From assembly GCA_017654855.1 (NCBI GenBank), contig CM030333.1, positions 1,302,001 to 1,366,000 of the forward strand: a stretch of DNA of 64,000 nucleotides, read 5' to 3'. Shown piece after piece: positions 61,793 to 64,000 of this stretch. Positions within the stretch are counted from its first letter, which is position 1. Each line of letters begins with the position of its first letter. This DNA comes from Podospora anserina (Eukaryota). The notes beneath the pieces were generated by a model, which was not told where the DNA came from, did no database searches, and saw only the letters and a program-made list of their open reading frames with translations. A program made the position numbers and the translations under genes.

Positions 61793-62800
61793 ATGTCCGA
61801 CTCACACTCCCTAGCCCAAATCCTCATCCGCTCCGTCATCCGCGCCTTCCACACCACCCAAGAAGTCCTCGCCATCGAAGCCCTGGTCCAACACTCCTGC
61901 CTGCGCGACGACGAGCTAGCCTACCTTATGAAGATGAACACCAAAGACCTCCACCGCCTCTGCGCCTCCCTCCGCGACGCCCGGTTTTTAACCGTACACA
62001 CCCGCCCGGAAGTCATTGAGGGCAAAACCCGGCCTGTCAACAGGACATACTACTACATCGACTACCAGCAAACCGTCGACGCCATCAAGTGGCGCGTCTA
62101 CAAGACAGACAAGGACATGCAGGGCATCGCCAAACCACAGGACGAAAGCAAGGAGTATTCCTGCCCCAGGTGTAAATCCCAGTGGACGCAGCTAGAAGTG
62201 CTGGACAGCGTGAGCATAGAGGGGTTCTTGTGTCTACGATGCGAGGCTGTGCTTGAGAGGAGTCAAGAGCAGGAGCAACCCGGTCATCAGCAGTTGTCGA
62301 GGATGAATAACCAGTTTAAATTCATGACGGACATGCTGCAGCAGATCGACAAGGGGCTGGTGCCAGAATGCAGTTTTGACAAGGCGATTGCGGTGGCGAG
62401 ACCGATTGTACGGGAGGCGATGCATGAGGTTTTGGCGAGCGTGCCGGTGGAGGATGCGGGGGGGATGGGGAAGCCGTCTGCGGTCAAGGGGTTGGCGAAC
62501 ATGGGGCCGAAGACGATGCAGGTTACGATCAGTGATGGGAATGAGGAGGCGGAGCTGATTGAGAGTAGGAAGAGGAAGGAGAGGTTTTTGAGGGAGAACG
62601 CGCTGCCGAGTTGGATTACGGATAGCTCGGTGCCGGCGCCGGCTGCGACGGCTGCGCCCCCGGTGGTGAGCTTTGAGATGAGGGATGCGGATGGGGGGGA
62701 TGGGGGACGGGTTGGGAAGAGGGTGAAGGTGGAGGGGGAGATGAGCTTTAAGATAGAGGAGGATGAGGAGGATGATTTGGAGTTTGAGGATGTGGTTTAG
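61793..62800 (+). CDS. TFA1: Transcription factor IIE subunit alpha
   Basis: Winged-helix region ending YYYIDY..VDAIKWR, zinc ribbon CPRC..CLRC, NALPSW, acidic tail DDLEFEDVV. Confidence 0.92.
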   Translation: MSDSHSLAQILIRSVIRAFHTTQEVLAIEALVQHSCLRDDELAYLMKMNTKDLHRLCASLRDARFLTVHTRPEVIEGKTRPVNRTYYYIDYQQTVDAIKWRVYKTDKDMQGIAKPQDESKEYSCPRCKSQWTQLEVLDSVSIEGFLCLRCEAVLERSQEQEQPGHQQLSRMNNQFKFMTDMLQQIDKGLVPECSFDKAIAVARPIVREAMHEVLASVPVEDAGGMGKPSAVKGLANMGPKTMQVTISDGNEEAELIESRKRKERFLRENALPSWITDSSVPAPAATAAPPVVSFEMRDADGGDGGRVGKRVKVEGEMSFKIEEDEEDDLEFEDVV

Positions 62801-63451
62801 GGGGGGTTGCTGGGGTTGTAAAGGATTTCATGGGGGTCGATTCGGAGGCTGCTGGAGCGGTGGCCGTGAAGGATGAGTCTACAGATGATGAAAAGGGTGT
62901 GGATTTGGGCAAGGATGAATTGGAGGACGATGATTCGGACGGCTACTATTCCGAAGACGACAAAACTTGGTTGGCTATTATAGGTCATGGTGGGAAAGAG
63001 ACCGGCCATGCTGAACGAGAATGCCATCTGGGGAAGTCGCAGGGGTGGCCTCTGCTTTGAGAGAAGTGGTAGGGGAAGATGGGGATTTGGAGGCGTGGAC
63101 ATGGCTCGCGTTGCTGGATGTGAGCGGGGAGCGCAGCGATGGTGTGGCTGATGGGGCGCTGAAGGAGATGTCATAAACCTTCAGTCTGAAACACTCCCCT
63201 ATGGCACCAGCGTTTTTCATTCTTTTTAATCTTTTGGACAGGTTATAACAAAAAGCGGAAGGTAGGCGGCATCAGCATGTGTTCTTTGCATTTTCCCATA
63301 CCCAACTGACGGGGGATTCGGTTTGGGTTGTTTGGCGTTTTGGGGGGTCTAGTCTGGTCTGGTATATACCGGTTTTTTTTTCATGTTTTTTTTTCACACA
63401 CCTGGAAAGCTATAATTTGACGACGAGCTGTTGTGGAGCGGAAAACCAAAG

Positions 63452-63452
<1 letters not shown>

Positions 63453-63538
<86 letters not shown>
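63453..63538. repeat. Perfect (TG)43 microsatellite
   Basis: 86 bp of uninterrupted TG. Confidence 0.98.
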
Positions 63539-63539
<1 letters not shown>

Positions 63540-64000
63540 ACAACAACGGCCAAATAGAGTGTGGTATTTGTATTTAGACAATAGGAAGGAAAGAAAAGAG
63601 AGAACAAGAACTGAGAGGAGCTCCCATTAGCTCTGATATCATCATCAACAATCCCTATCGCTCGTGCGCCTTCGCTCAAAAGCAAGCAACATTTGGAAAA
63701 AGTGTGATGAACAAGAAATGAAAACAAGCAAAAAGTAGTATTTCCTTGAAAAAGAAAAAAAAGATATCGCCTCCCTTGATACCTGAGAACCCTGCCACGC
63801 AAATAAACATAAAACAAAGAGGTAGCAACAACACCCCCAACACCTCCGCCAACCAACCAACCGAACCCCGACCAAGCCATAGTCCCCCTTATTTACTTAC
63901 TTCCCTTCCCATTCCCACCCTACACCTTTTAGCCATGTTGTTTATACATACTTCCTCAACTGCAGTCCACACGTCAGCAAACCTGTCTCAATGTTTTCAG

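Noticed and set aside
62666..62800. Alternative TFA1 intron using the stop codon TAG as acceptor
   Set aside because: No branch site, and the splice leads to a quick TAA rather than the acidic ORF.

Overview
Eukaryotic DNA from a filamentous ascomycete (Sordariales, Podospora-like by inference), with short GT-AG introns and CTRAC/CTAAC branch sites. The left half holds a 5'-truncated hypothetical gene, then two roughly 11 kb gene-poor regions flanking an FlbD/RCA-1-type Myb transcription factor gene; these contain microsatellites, decayed ORFs and a tRNA-like Pol III element. The right half is gene-dense: 2EXR protein, NAA20/NAT3, a hypothetical protein, a PRS5-like PRPP synthetase, ornithine decarboxylase, CYM1, a taxilin-like protein, a hypothetical protein, a peroxisomal nitronate monooxygenase, an AB-hydrolase, a second M16C metalloprotease, a rhomboid protease, a small membrane protein and TFIIE-alpha. 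The most interesting signals are hidden expression layers. They are a UUG-initiated uORF ending Pro-Pro-stop in the AUG-free ODC leader, a CUG-initiated presequence-like extension on the AB-hydrolase, a tiny basic ORF with an internal UAG, a hidden 5' exon on the M16C protease, a tRNA-like element with a broken anticodon arm, and recurrent sharp CA-to-GT strand-skew switches. All calls come from reading the sequence; no searches were run.
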